The notes under the pieces are model-generated. The model had not been told where the DNA came from. It did not search any database and saw only the letters and a program-made list of their open reading frames with translations. DNA of 63,183 nt, the filler included. It is 6 parts of 6 records of this genome, joined end to end, with 100 filler letters (N's around TTAATTAATTAA, not from the genome) between each part and the next. Parts side by side here need not be neighbours in the genome. Positions count along the whole stretch, not along the records: positions 44,690 to 55,498 come from SRR2962707_800; positions 55,599 to 63,183 come from SRR2962707_801; 4 more parts are not named here. One strand, given 5' to 3'. The translations under genes and the position numbers were made by a program. Shown here piece after piece: positions 52,717 through 63,103 of this stretch; positions within the stretch are counted from its first letter, which is position 1; each line of letters begins with the position of its first letter.

Positions 52717-54885
52717 ATGCACCTGTACATCGCCGAAAAGCCAAGTCTGGCCAGGGCCATCGCCGCCGCACTGCCCGGCCCCCACGAGAAAGGCCAGGGC
52801 TGGATACGCTGCGGTAAAGGACCGGATGCTGCCACGGTAAGCTGGTGTATAGGCCACCTGCTGGAGCCCGCCGAGCCTGCGCGCTATAACCCGGCCTGGA
52901 AAAAATGGCGCATTGAAGACCTGCCCATGTTCCCGGAACCCTGGCAACTGACGCCCAAAGACAGCGTGCGCCTGCAATTCAAAGTTCTTGAAGCCCTGGT
53001 TCGCAAGGCCGACCTCATCACCCACGCCGGCGATCCCGACCGTGAAGGCCAGCTACTGGTCGACGAAGTCCTGCGCTATCTCGGCACCAAGGCACCGGTA
53101 AAACGGATACTGATCAACGACCTTACCCCCAAGGCGGTAGCCCGCGCCATACAGAACCCCCGAGACAACCGGGAGTTCCGCCCACTCTCCCATTCTGCGC
53201 TGGCGAGACAGCGGGCCGACTGGCTCTATGGCATCAATCTCACCCGATTTTATACCCTCAGCTATCAAACCCGGGGCGAACAGGGCGTCTTCTCCGTGGG
53301 TCGGGTACAAACTCCGGTGTTGGGCCTGGTGGTGGATCGAGACAACACCATCGAGCACTTCCAGCCCAAGCCCTGGTACCGGGTCGAAGCCACCTTCCAG
53401 GCCAGCGAGCCGGAGGCCGACCAGCGACCGTTCATTGCTCGCTGGTTACCCGGTGACGAATTTCAGGATCATCTGGATGAAGAAAACCGGCTGCTGGACA
53501 AGTCGGTAGCCGAGCAGATTGTCGCCGCCATCAGCGGTCGACCCGGCAGAATTGATGAAGCCCGGTTTCGCGATCGCCCGGAACCGCCGCCGTTACCTCT
53601 GTCGCTGTCTGCACTCCAGATAGAGGCTGGACGACTATACCGGATGGGCGCGAAAGACGTGCTCGACACCGCCCAAAACCTGTACGAACGCCATCAACTG
53701 ATTACCTACCCAAGGTCAGACAGCCGCTACCTGCCAGAGGAGCATTTCAGCCAACGGGAGGCGGTGATTCGTGCCATCGCCCGTGTCGCCCCGGATTTGT
53801 CCGGATTCTGCGAGAAAACCGGGACAGAACGCCGCTCTGCCGCCTGGAATGACCAAAAAGTGGATGCTCACCACGCAATCATTCCCACAGTGCGGCCCGC
53901 ACCAAACGGCAAGCTGTCTTCGGCCGAACAGAAAATCTACGATCTGATCAGTCGATTCTATCTGATGCAGTTTGCACCTGACGCCGTGCATCGGGAAGGC
54001 CGGCTTACGGTCGCGGTTCAGGACTATCGCTTTCGCGCCACCGAGACAGCCGTGATCGAGCCAGGCTGGAAAACGCTGGAAATCCGCAAGCGGGAACCTG
54101 GGCAGGAGCCAGAAAAATCTCCATTGCCAAGACTGGAAAAAAACGAGCCGGTCCTTTGCACTGACCCCCAGACTAACGAGCGCAAAACCCAGCCGCCACA
54201 ACACTTCACCGATGCCACGCTGCTATCGGCCATGACCAATATCGCCCGTTTTGTCGCCGACAACGAGCTGAAAAAAACGCTGCGGGAAACCGATGGCCTT
54301 GGCACCGAAGCGACTCGCGCAGCCATTATCGATACGCTGTTCCGCCGCGATTACCTTTTCCGGGAAAAACGCTTTATCCGCGCCACCGACAAGGGGAAAT
54401 CCCTGATCGCGGCGCTACCGGAATCGATTCGTACGCCAGATCGCACCGCTGTCTGGGAGGCCACTCTCGAGGGCGTTCGCCGGGGCGAAGAGGACCCAAG
54501 AGCGTTTCTGGAATCCCTCAAAGATGAAATCCGCGGATTCATGGCGCAAGCGCCCGCTGCGGGTTTGGCGAATACAGAGACACCAGGCACCGCCATTCAC
54601 TGCCCGAAATGCCGGGCGCCGATGGTTGAACGGGAGGGCAAGTTCGGCGCTTTTTTTGCGTGCACCCGGTACCCCGCCTGCAAGGGCACCCGCCCCCTGG
54701 AGGACCATCAACCCGAGGACGGAACCAGCCAGAAACCGGTACCCTGCCCCCACTGTTTCTCGCCCCTGGTGCGGCGCAAAAGCAAAAAAGGCTGGTTCTG
54801 GGGCTGCAGCAATTTCCCCGGCTGCCGACAAACAGTTGATGATCACAACGGCCGGCCAGCGGTGGACTTACGGAATTCTACATAA
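52717..54885 (+). CDS. topB: DNA topoisomerase III with two C-terminal C4 zinc ribbons
   Basis: LYIAEKPS, AGDPDREG, VGRVQTP, LITYPRSD (catalytic Tyr), GLGTEATRA; CPKC...CTRYPAC and CPHC...CSNFPGC. Confidence 0.94.
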   Translation: MHLYIAEKPSLARAIAAALPGPHEKGQGWIRCGKGPDAATVSWCIGHLLEPAEPARYNPAWKKWRIEDLPMFPEPWQLTPKDSVRLQFKVLEALVRKADLITHAGDPDREGQLLVDEVLRYLGTKAPVKRILINDLTPKAVARAIQNPRDNREFRPLSHSALARQRADWLYGINLTRFYTLSYQTRGEQGVFSVGRVQTPVLGLVVDRDNTIEHFQPKPWYRVEATFQASEPEADQRPFIARWLPGDEFQDHLDEENRLLDKSVAEQIVAAISGRPGRIDEARFRDRPEPPPLPLSLSALQIEAGRLYRMGAKDVLDTAQNLYERHQLITYPRSDSRYLPEEHFSQREAVIRAIARVAPDLSGFCEKTGTERRSAAWNDQKVDAHHAIIPTVRPAPNGKLSSAEQKIYDLISRFYLMQFAPDAVHREGRLTVAVQDYRFRATETAVIEPGWKTLEIRKREPGQEPEKSPLPRLEKNEPVLCTDPQTNERKTQPPQHFTDATLLSAMTNIARFVADNELKKTLRETDGLGTEATRAAIIDTLFRRDYLFREKRFIRATDKGKSLIAALPESIRTPDRTAVWEATLEGVRRGEEDPRAFLESLKDEIRGFMAQAPAAGLANTETPGTAIHCPKCRAPMVEREGKFGAFFACTRYPACKGTRPLEDHQPEDGTSQKPVPCPHCFSPLVRRKSKKGWFWGCSNFPGCRQTVDDHNGRPAVDLRNST

Positions 54886-54997
54886 CGATACTGAACGGGA
54901 ACTCATATTTTGGGATAATCCCCGACACTGCAGGGTCTGACCAAGGGCTCTGCGCTACGGTATATAAACCAGGCAACACGATCGAGGGCCAGGCTTA

Positions 54998-55498
54998 ATG
55001 CGCATTGCTCTGCTGGAAGACGAACACGAACAGGCGCAGCACATCCAGTCCATCCTTTCAGAGAAAGGACATCACTGTGACAGCTTTCCGACCGGCCAAT
55101 CGTTTCTCGGTGCCGTTTTGCACCGCAGTTATGATCTGATCATTCTGGACTGGCAGATCCCGGACATGACCGGAATTGAGGTACTGGAAAACATCCGGGC
55201 ACAGCTGAACTGGCCTGTGCCGGCCGTTTTCCTGACCCAGCGTGACAGTGAAACCGACATCGTTCGTGCCCTGGATGCCGGCGCCGACGACTATATCGCC
55301 AAACCGGCACGAGCGGCTGAACTGGTCGCACGCATCAATGCACTGGCCCGCCGCAGCAACCCGGAAATCGAAAAGGAGGTTCTGGTCTACGGGCCCTTCG
55401 AGATCAACACCAACCAACGCATAATTCTCCTGCACGGGGAGCCACTAACGCTCACCGACAAGGACTTCGACCTGACCCTGTTCCTGTTCCAGAACCAG
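54998..55498 (+). CDS. OmpR-family response regulator, 3'-truncated
   Basis: LLEDE, ILDWQIPD, GADDYIAKP, start of winged helix (LTDKDFDL). Confidence 0.9.
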
Positions 55499-55598
55499 NN
55501 NNNNNNNNNNNNNNNNNNNNNNNNNNNNNNNNNNNNNNNNNNTTAATTAATTAANNNNNNNNNNNNNNNNNNNNNNNNNNNNNNNNNNNNNNNNNNNN
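55499..55598. other. Artificial contig linker
   Basis: N-run with TTAATTAATTAA. Confidence 0.98.
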
Positions 55599-55649
55599 AA
55601 GCCGATAAATTCCGTTAATTTTTATCGGACAACAATAAAATAATTACTG

Positions 55650-57212
55650 ATGAAAAATTCAATAGCTATATTACTTTGCGTTAGCATTTTCTTTATTCAA
55701 TGTAAAGAAGCAGATTCTAATTCTAAAAAACCAACGGTTTATACTGTAGGAGACTCAACCGTAAAAAATGGACAGGGCGATGGCGCCGCAGGTTTATGGG
55801 GTTGGGGAGATTTTATAAATCAGTTTTTAGATACTACAAAAGTAAAAGTTAAAAACCATGCATTAGGAGGAACTAGTAGCAGAACCTATATTCAAAAAGG
55901 TTTGTGGAAACCAGTACTAGATAGTTTGAAAAAAGGAGATTATGTATTGCTTCAATTTGGACATAACGATGATGGTCCAATTAACGATGATTTTAGAGCG
56001 CGTGGTACTATAAAAGGAATTGGGAGTGAATCTGAAGAAATAGACAATATGCTTACAGGTAAACATGAGGTTGTGCATACTTATGGATGGTACCTGAGTA
56101 AAATAATTAAAGAAGCTAAGTCAAAAGGGGCAATTCCAGTAGTAATGTCTCCTATTCCTAGAAATAAGTGGGAAGGAAAAAAAGTACCAAGAAATAATGA
56201 TTCTTATGGGTTATGGGCAAAACAAGTTGCAGCTCGAGAGCATGTAACTTTTATCGACTTAAATGAACAGATGGCTCAAAAGATGGAAACCTTGGGAGAG
56301 GATAAAATTTATGGAAATTTATTTTATAAAAAAGACCACACACATACCAGCGCAAAAGGAGCAGTTTTAGCCGCTTCTATTATAACGCAAGAACTTAAAA
56401 AAACAAATAATTCCTTAAAGGATTTTGTGCTAGAAAACCCCACTATAATTCTTCCTAAAAAAACAAATATTTATTTAATAGGAGATTCTACAGTAGCAAA
56501 TAATGGAATCCCTGAGGCTGTAGGATGGGGAGTAGAACTTCATAAATATTTAGACACCACTCGCGTTAATATTATTAATAAAGCTAGAGGAGGAAGGAGT
56601 AGTCGTACATTTTATAATGAAAAACTCTGGCAAGCCGTATACGATACTTTACAAAAAGGAGATTTTGTGTTGATGCAATTTGGACATAATGATGGCGGAC
56701 ATATAGACCAGCCAAAATATAGAGGTTCCATACAAGGGATTAGCGATTCTACAATGGTTGTTACAAAAAATGACAGCATCAAAGAAACGGTGCATACCTA
56801 CGGTTGGTATATGGCTACTTTTATTAATCAAGCAAAAGAAAAAGGAGCAATTCCGATAGTATTTAGTCATATTCCAAGAAACGAATGGAAGGGCAATAGT
56901 GTGGAAAGAGCCGATAAAACTTATGGCTTATGGGCTAAACAAATAGCTCAAAAAAACAATGCAGCGTTTATTGATTTAAATGATAGTATTTCTGTAGCTT
57001 ACGAGAAAATAGGAGCTAAGAAAATTAAACAATTTTTCCCGAAAGATCATACACATACCAATGCAGATGGGGCTTCTTTTAATGCATCGATAGTGGTAAT
57101 ATGTTTAAAGGCTGATAAAAGTCTTGGTTTAAGAGATTTGGTATTGAGTCAAAAAGAAATAGATAGGCTCTCTCAGATTGCTCTAAATACTTCAATTGAA
57201 AATAAAAAATAA
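55650..57212 (+). CDS. Rhamnogalacturonan acetylesterase (CE12), two tandem SGNH domains, probable lipoprotein
   Basis: Two sets of GDSTV, QFGHND and KDHTH; signal peptide ending FFIQC. Confidence 0.88.
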   Translation: MKNSIAILLCVSIFFIQCKEADSNSKKPTVYTVGDSTVKNGQGDGAAGLWGWGDFINQFLDTTKVKVKNHALGGTSSRTYIQKGLWKPVLDSLKKGDYVLLQFGHNDDGPINDDFRARGTIKGIGSESEEIDNMLTGKHEVVHTYGWYLSKIIKEAKSKGAIPVVMSPIPRNKWEGKKVPRNNDSYGLWAKQVAAREHVTFIDLNEQMAQKMETLGEDKIYGNLFYKKDHTHTSAKGAVLAASIITQELKKTNNSLKDFVLENPTIILPKKTNIYLIGDSTVANNGIPEAVGWGVELHKYLDTTRVNIINKARGGRSSRTFYNEKLWQAVYDTLQKGDFVLMQFGHNDGGHIDQPKYRGSIQGISDSTMVVTKNDSIKETVHTYGWYMATFINQAKEKGAIPIVFSHIPRNEWKGNSVERADKTYGLWAKQIAQKNNAAFIDLNDSISVAYEKIGAKKIKQFFPKDHTHTNADGASFNASIVVICLKADKSLGLRDLVLSQKEIDRLSQIALNTSIENKK

Positions 57213-57223
57213 CAATATTTCGT

Positions 57224-60082
57224 ATGGTAAAGTTTTGGTTGGGTATAATTATTTTGTTGATTTCTTTTAAAGGAAGTACACAAACTATAGAAAGAGATAT
57301 TGTTTTTGACATTTATACTCAAGGTAAATTAACCGCTGTTTTTTATGATGCTGATGGAAATTCTTTAGATTCTATTTCGGCAAACTTACTAGCTGATGAT
57401 ATTGCTCGGGTAACAGGACACAGACCTACTGTTAAGCCAGAAAAAAAGGAAATACACGAATCTGCTATTTTAATTGGAAGTGTAACTTCTAATTTTATTA
57501 AAAAAAATCTTCAGGATTCTCCAAAGACAGAATTTTTAGCACAAAAGGAAAGTTATTTATTACAAGCTTCGAAAGATAAAAAACAATTAATTATTGCAGG
57601 TACCGATGCAAGGGGAACAGCTTATGGAGTGTTTTCCATTTCAAAAAAACTGGGTGTAAATCCGTGGTATTGGTGGGCAGATGTTCCTGTTGAAAAAAAG
57701 GAAGAATTAAAAATAAATGTACAAACATTTTATTCCAAAGAGCCTTCTGTAAGCTATAGAGGAATATTTTTAAACGATGAAGATTGGGGGTTACAGCCTT
57801 GGGCTGCTAATAACTTTGAGACAGAAACTAAAGATATTGGTCCTAAAACATACGAGCAGATTTTTGAGCTTTTATTGCGTTTAAATGCCAATACAATTTG
57901 GCCAGCAATGCACCCGAGCACCAAAGCATTTTTTTATTATCCAAGGAATCCAGAAATAGCAAAAAAATACCATATTGTTGTTGGAAGCTCCCATGCTGAA
58001 CCAATGTTGAGAAATAATGTAGACGAATGGGACAAAGAAAAAATGGGGAGTTTTAACTATAAAACCAATAAGGAAAACGTTTACAATTATTGGGAAACTC
58101 GTGTTAAAGAAGCTGAAAAAATGGATGCTATTTATACCATTGGAATGCGTGGCGTTCACGACAGTGGTATGGAGGGTGTAAGTAGTAAAGAAGAAGCGGT
58201 GGCTGTTCTAAATGATGTTATTAACGACCAACGATTTTTAATAAAAAAGTACATCAATAAAGAAGTTTCTGCCGTTCCACAGGCATTTACCGTTTACAAG
58301 GAAGTTTTGGATTTGTATAAAAACGGACTTGAAATTCCAGACGACATTACTTTGGTTTGGACAGACGATAATTATGGGTACATCCGTTCTTTAAGTAATG
58401 CAGAAGAGCGCAAACGAACTGGTGGAGGAGGGGTTTATTACCATGCTTCTTATTGGGGACGCCCGCATGATTATCTATGGCTAAGCACCACTCATCCATC
58501 TTTGATAAGAGAAGAGATGATGAAAGCTTATAATTTAAACAACAAAGAAATATGGATTTTAAATGTAGGCGATATAAAACCTGCTGAATATAATACCCAG
58601 TTGTTTTTGGACATGGCATACAATGCTGAAAAATTTCGGGATCCGAGCTATGTAGAAGAGCATCAACAAGAGTTTTATGCTACAATTTTTGGAGCTGACT
58701 TAGCAAAAAGTATTGGTGAGGTACAAAATAGGTATTACAAATTGGCTTTTGAACGAAAACCAGAATTTATGGGGTGGAGTCAAACCGAACCTACCACATC
58801 CATATATCAAACCGCCTATAAGACTTTGAGTTATGGAGATGAGGTTCAACAGCGGATTAATGCCTATGGGGATATTGAAGAAAAAGTAGATTTAATAGAG
58901 GGAAAACTACCAGAAAATTTAAAAATCACTTATTTTCAATTAGTTAAGTATCCTGTAAAAGCTTCCGCCGCAATAAATAAAAAGTTTCTGTATCGAGATA
59001 AGTCGCTTACCTATGCTAAACAGTTTAGGAAAAGTGCTCATAAATACAAAGATTTGTCTTACAATTCTTATAAAGACATTGTAGAATTGACAAAAACATA
59101 TAATCAAATTTCTAATGGGAAATGGAATGGAATAATGGATATGAAGCCTAGACGATTACCTGTTTTTGATAAACCTGAAATAGATTTGTCGGATGTATAT
59201 TACAAGCAACTTGCAGGGATTGTGGTGGAAGATACGCTAACAACAGAAACTGGAATTGATAAGCTTCCAACTTTTTATGTAAACAATTTTGCTTCATATT
59301 TTATAGATATCTATCTTAAAGCAGCCAATAATGCTCAATGGAAATTTGAGTCGTTACCAGAATGGGTTAAAGTTTCAAAATCTTCAGGAAAATTAAATGA
59401 AGACGATTTAGAAGAAAGAGTATATGTTACAATTGACTGGAAAGCATGGAGAACTGCTGGAAAACCACTTTCAGAAATTATTAAAATTGAAATGAATGGA
59501 AGGGAGAAAAAGATTCAAATAAATGTTTCAAACAAGTATGCTTCTATTCCAGAAGATAGTTTTACTGAAAAAAATGGGGTAGCTATGGTATATGCTCATA
59601 GTTATTTAAAAAATAAAGCTTCAGAAAAAATTAAGTGGAATAAAATAGAAGGATTGGGGCATTCAGGAGCCGTAATGCAAGCGGAGTCTTTTGAAAACCT
59701 TCCAATATTAAATTATAAAGAGGCTTCCGTTTTAGAATATGAATTTTATACCGAGACTGTAACAGATAAAGCAACATTGTTAATTACAGCGTTGCCAACT
59801 CACCCTTTAACGACTAATGGAGATGTAAGAATAGCTGTACAATGGAATGATGATCCTATTGAAATTATAGATTTTAAAACGAAAGGCAGGAGTGAAGCTT
59901 GGAAGCAAAATGTATTGAGTAACAAAGCAATTAAGGAAGTTGAGGTAGCTATTAAAGCTTTTGGGAAACAAACGCTAAAGATTTATAGTGTTGATGCTGG
60001 GGTTTGTTTAGATTATTTTATCTTGAAAACAAATACTAATACAGTACCGTATAAATTAATGTCCGAAACAAAAAATAACTAA
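57224..60082 (+). CDS. GH115 alpha-glucuronidase
   Basis: GVNPWYWWAD, YRGIFLNDEDW, WPAMH, GSSHAEP, GMRGVHD, WTDDNYG, NVGDIKPAE. Confidence 0.92.
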   Translation: MVKFWLGIIILLISFKGSTQTIERDIVFDIYTQGKLTAVFYDADGNSLDSISANLLADDIARVTGHRPTVKPEKKEIHESAILIGSVTSNFIKKNLQDSPKTEFLAQKESYLLQASKDKKQLIIAGTDARGTAYGVFSISKKLGVNPWYWWADVPVEKKEELKINVQTFYSKEPSVSYRGIFLNDEDWGLQPWAANNFETETKDIGPKTYEQIFELLLRLNANTIWPAMHPSTKAFFYYPRNPEIAKKYHIVVGSSHAEPMLRNNVDEWDKEKMGSFNYKTNKENVYNYWETRVKEAEKMDAIYTIGMRGVHDSGMEGVSSKEEAVAVLNDVINDQRFLIKKYINKEVSAVPQAFTVYKEVLDLYKNGLEIPDDITLVWTDDNYGYIRSLSNAEERKRTGGGGVYYHASYWGRPHDYLWLSTTHPSLIREEMMKAYNLNNKEIWILNVGDIKPAEYNTQLFLDMAYNAEKFRDPSYVEEHQQEFYATIFGADLAKSIGEVQNRYYKLAFERKPEFMGWSQTEPTTSIYQTAYKTLSYGDEVQQRINAYGDIEEKVDLIEGKLPENLKITYFQLVKYPVKASAAINKKFLYRDKSLTYAKQFRKSAHKYKDLSYNSYKDIVELTKTYNQISNGKWNGIMDMKPRRLPVFDKPEIDLSDVYYKQLAGIVVEDTLTTETGIDKLPTFYVNNFASYFIDIYLKAANNAQWKFESLPEWVKVSKSSGKLNEDDLEERVYVTIDWKAWRTAGKPLSEIIKIEMNGREKKIQINVSNKYASIPEDSFTEKNGVAMVYAHSYLKNKASEKIKWNKIEGLGHSGAVMQAESFENLPILNYKEASVLEYEFYTETVTDKATLLITALPTHPLTTNGDVRIAVQWNDDPIEIIDFKTKGRSEAWKQNVLSNKAIKEVEVAIKAFGKQTLKIYSVDAGVCLDYFILKTNTNTVPYKLMSETKNN

Positions 60083-60092
60083 CAAATACTGC

Positions 60093-61286
60093 ATGATATT
60101 TCAAGAAAGTTGGCGATGGTTTGGCCCAGAAGACTCGGTAAGTTTAGCAACTATTAAACAGGCAGGGGCAGTTGGAGTAGTAACTGCATTGCATCAAATT
60201 CCGGTAGGAGAGGTTTGGAATGTAGCTGCTATTCAAGAACGAAAAAAAATAATAGAACAAGGTGTAAAAGAACAAAGTGGATTGCTTTGGAATGTGGTGG
60301 AAAGTTTGCCAATACACGAACATATAAAGCAAGGAAAGAGCGATAGAGATGTTTATATAGAAAATTACAAGCAGAGTATTAAGAATTTGGCTTCGTGTGG
60401 AATTCGTTGTATTTGTTATAATTTTATGCCTATTTTAGATTGGCTACGCACCGATGTTAATTACTCATTACCAGATGGTAGCTCCACCTTACTCTATAAT
60501 ATGCGGGATGTAGCCTTGTTTGATATGTATGTGCTTAAAAGAGAAAATGCAAGGGGTTTTTATTCGGAAGAATTATTAAAGGAGGTAGATACGTATTATA
60601 ATGAAATTTCTAAAGAAGATCTGGAAGTAATAAAATCAAGTTTGCTATTGGCGCTTCCTGGAGATAGTAATAATTTTACTTTAGAGCGATTAAAAGAAGG
60701 AATACAGGCTTATAAAGATATAAATAGAGAAAAGTTAAGAGAGAATTTAATTTATTTTTTAAATGAAGTTATTCCTGTTGCTGAAGCCGAAGAAGTTACC
60801 CTTGCAATTCATCCAGACGATCCGCCATGGTCTGTATTTGGCTTACCACGCATTGTTAGTAGTATAGAAGACCTAGACTATATTTTTTCTAGCGTACCAT
60901 CTTTATACAATGGATTAACTTTTTGTAGTGGTAGTTTAGGAGCGTCAGAAAAGAATGATTTACCAAAAATTATTGAAACTTTTTATGAGCGGATTCATTT
61001 TGTGCATTTAAGATCGGTGCATCGAACAGCGCCTTTTTATTTCCATGAAGCAGCTCATTTAGAAGGAAGCGTAAATATGTTTGGACTAGTAAAAACATTT
61101 TATGAATGTGGAAAGAAGAAACCAGAAAAGAAATTACCAATGCGACCCGATCATGGTTATAAAATGCTGGACGATTTAAACAAAAACACATCTTATCCAG
61201 GTTATTCAGCTATAGGTAGATTAAAAGGTTTAGCAGAAATACGAGGTTTAGAAATGGCTATTGTAAAGAGCGGTGAGCTCTCTTAA
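60093..61286 (+). CDS. uxuA: Mannonate dehydratase
   Basis: WRWFGP, YNFMPILDW, HPDDPP, RPDHG, PGYSAIGRLKG. Confidence 0.96.
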   Translation: MIFQESWRWFGPEDSVSLATIKQAGAVGVVTALHQIPVGEVWNVAAIQERKKIIEQGVKEQSGLLWNVVESLPIHEHIKQGKSDRDVYIENYKQSIKNLASCGIRCICYNFMPILDWLRTDVNYSLPDGSSTLLYNMRDVALFDMYVLKRENARGFYSEELLKEVDTYYNEISKEDLEVIKSSLLLALPGDSNNFTLERLKEGIQAYKDINREKLRENLIYFLNEVIPVAEAEEVTLAIHPDDPPWSVFGLPRIVSSIEDLDYIFSSVPSLYNGLTFCSGSLGASEKNDLPKIIETFYERIHFVHLRSVHRTAPFYFHEAAHLEGSVNMFGLVKTFYECGKKKPEKKLPMRPDHGYKMLDDLNKNTSYPGYSAIGRLKGLAEIRGLEMAIVKSGELS

Positions 61287-61597
61287 TCCATATGAAACAT
61301 TTCTAACAATGAATTTTCAACAGGAGAATTGTCGGGGTTAGTTTCCATAATATCCGCCATATAACTCCACCATTTTTTTACTAAAGGATGATTGGGAATT
61401 TCCGATGGATTAAAGTCGTTTGTCAATTCCTGAACTGCAAACAGGGTTAAAGTAGTTTCATCTAAGAATATGGAATAGTTAGAAATACCTTTTTCAGAAA
61501 GTAATGCTTTAAGTTCTGGCCATATCTCATCATGTCTCTTTTTATATTCATTTATATAGCCAGGTTTTAGCTTCATGGTAAACGCGTTTCTATACAT
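61283..61597 (-). CDS. rhaM: L-rhamnose mutarotase
   Basis: EYKKRHDEIWPEL, NYSIFLD, WWSYMADIMETNPDNSP. Confidence 0.93.
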   Translation of the reverse strand: MYRNAFTMKLKPGYINEYKKRHDEIWPELKALLSEKGISNYSIFLDETTLTLFAVQELTNDFNPSEIPNHPLVKKWWSYMADIMETNPDNSPVENSLLEMFHMD

Positions 61598-61612
61598 AGG
61601 TAAATTTTTTGG

Positions 61613-62980
61613 TTAATTTTGATTGAAATTATTAACATTCTCATGAATGTTTTTTTCCGTTCTAATGCTATCGGCAGTTACTTCTTTTAGATGGATACTT
61701 TCAATAGGCATTTCTTGTTGTCCTAAAATTCTAGATACAAATTCTACATTTTTTGCATGAATTTTATTCATATAAATATCTTTAATAGGAGTAAGCTTAC
61801 GTTCATAGGTAGGAACAAGATCTCGCCATTGGTAAAGCACATCAGTTTCAATCCCTAGAATTCCAGCATTTATTTTTCCTGCCTGAATGCTATCCATATA
61901 AATATTTTTTACATATCCTCCGCGACGTTCATTGGTTTTTATGAAAAGTAGATGATTGAGTTTTGCATTTTCAGCAACTTCACAATTAGACATATAAATG
62001 TTTTCAATCCCTCCAGAAAGCTCACTGCCAATGGCGAGTAATTGGTGTCCGTTGATGATTTTACAATTCTTGATTATTATATTTTTTGAAGGAGTATTTA
62101 ATCGCCAAGCATCTTGATTTCTACCAGATTTTACAGCAATGGCATCATCACCTTGATCAAAAACACAATCTTCAATAATTATATTCTGACTCATCTCTGG
62201 GTCTACACCATCATTATTATGCCCGTGAGCAAATACCTTTACATTTTTTATGGTAACGTTTTTAGATAGGTAGGGATGAATAACCCAAAAAGGGCTGTGC
62301 GTAATGGTAATGCTATCCATTAAAATATTTTCGGAACGGTTGAATTGGATAAATTGTGGTCGGAAATCAGAAGAATCGCTTACCATTTGACGTTCTTCAA
62401 CAGGAATATCTTTTGCCGCAAGATTATAAAGACGTTTTAAACTATTCATGTGTCCTGGAGGTCTATCAAACCAATCCCTCCAAGTATCCATTTTTGCTTT
62501 TAACTCACCTTGTCCAGTAATGGCTATATTTTTACATTCGTACGCATAAATAAGTGGAGAGTAGTTGTAACATTCCAAACCTTCCCAAGTAGTATGAACT
62601 GGAGGTAAATAATCTTGTGGATTGTCTGAAAAAAGTAAGACAGCTCCTTTTTCTAAATAAAGATTTATATTACTTTTTAAATGAATTTTTCCTGTAAGCC
62701 ATTCTCCTTTTGGGATAATTACTTTCCCGCCACCATTTTGATTTGCTTCTTCAATAGCTAGTTTAATAGCTTTAGTAGTTGCTTCTTGATTTCCTTTAAT
62801 AGCTCCAAAATCTGCAATGGAATATTCTTCACTATTACTAAAATCTGGCACTTTTATGGAAACTTTTCCAAAAGGAGCAGTTATATGAGATGTTTGGACT
62901 GCTATTTCTTTTTTTTGTTGTTTACATGAAAACAGAAAACAAGTTAATAGGAATCCAACAAGTAAATATTTATTCATCAT
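61613..62980 (-). CDS. GH28 polygalacturonase-family hydrolase, probable lipoprotein
   Basis: Lipobox FLFSC; HNNDGVDPE, GDDAIAVKSG, GHQLLAIGSE, IKT. Confidence 0.92.
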   Translation of the reverse strand: MMNKYLLVGFLLTCFLFSCKQQKKEIAVQTSHITAPFGKVSIKVPDFSNSEEYSIADFGAIKGNQEATTKAIKLAIEEANQNGGGKVIIPKGEWLTGKIHLKSNINLYLEKGAVLLFSDNPQDYLPPVHTTWEGLECYNYSPLIYAYECKNIAITGQGELKAKMDTWRDWFDRPPGHMNSLKRLYNLAAKDIPVEERQMVSDSSDFRPQFIQFNRSENILMDSITITHSPFWVIHPYLSKNVTIKNVKVFAHGHNNDGVDPEMSQNIIIEDCVFDQGDDAIAVKSGRNQDAWRLNTPSKNIIIKNCKIINGHQLLAIGSELSGGIENIYMSNCEVAENAKLNHLLFIKTNERRGGYVKNIYMDSIQAGKINAGILGIETDVLYQWRDLVPTYERKLTPIKDIYMNKIHAKNVEFVSRILGQQEMPIESIHLKEVTADSIRTEKNIHENVNNFNQN

Positions 62981-63067
62981 ATTCTTAGAGTTTAATTGGG
63001 AACTAGATAAAAGTAGTTTTTGTTTTGTCTTAAATTATCCTGTACTTACCTGAAGGTTGAGTTAAAT

Positions 63068-63103
63068 AAAAAAACGCTTCGCCTTATTATAGACGAAGCG
63101 TTT
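63068..63103 (-). terminator. Rho-independent terminator upstream of GH28
   Basis: AAACGCTTCG...CGAAGCGTTT hairpin with an A-run on + (U-tract on -). Confidence 0.7.

Noticed and set aside
9831-55598. Apparent bacteria-eukaryote mosaic or large-scale HGT across the window
   Set aside because: Every switch coincides with an identical N+TTAATTAATTAA linker, so adjacency across linkers is artificial.
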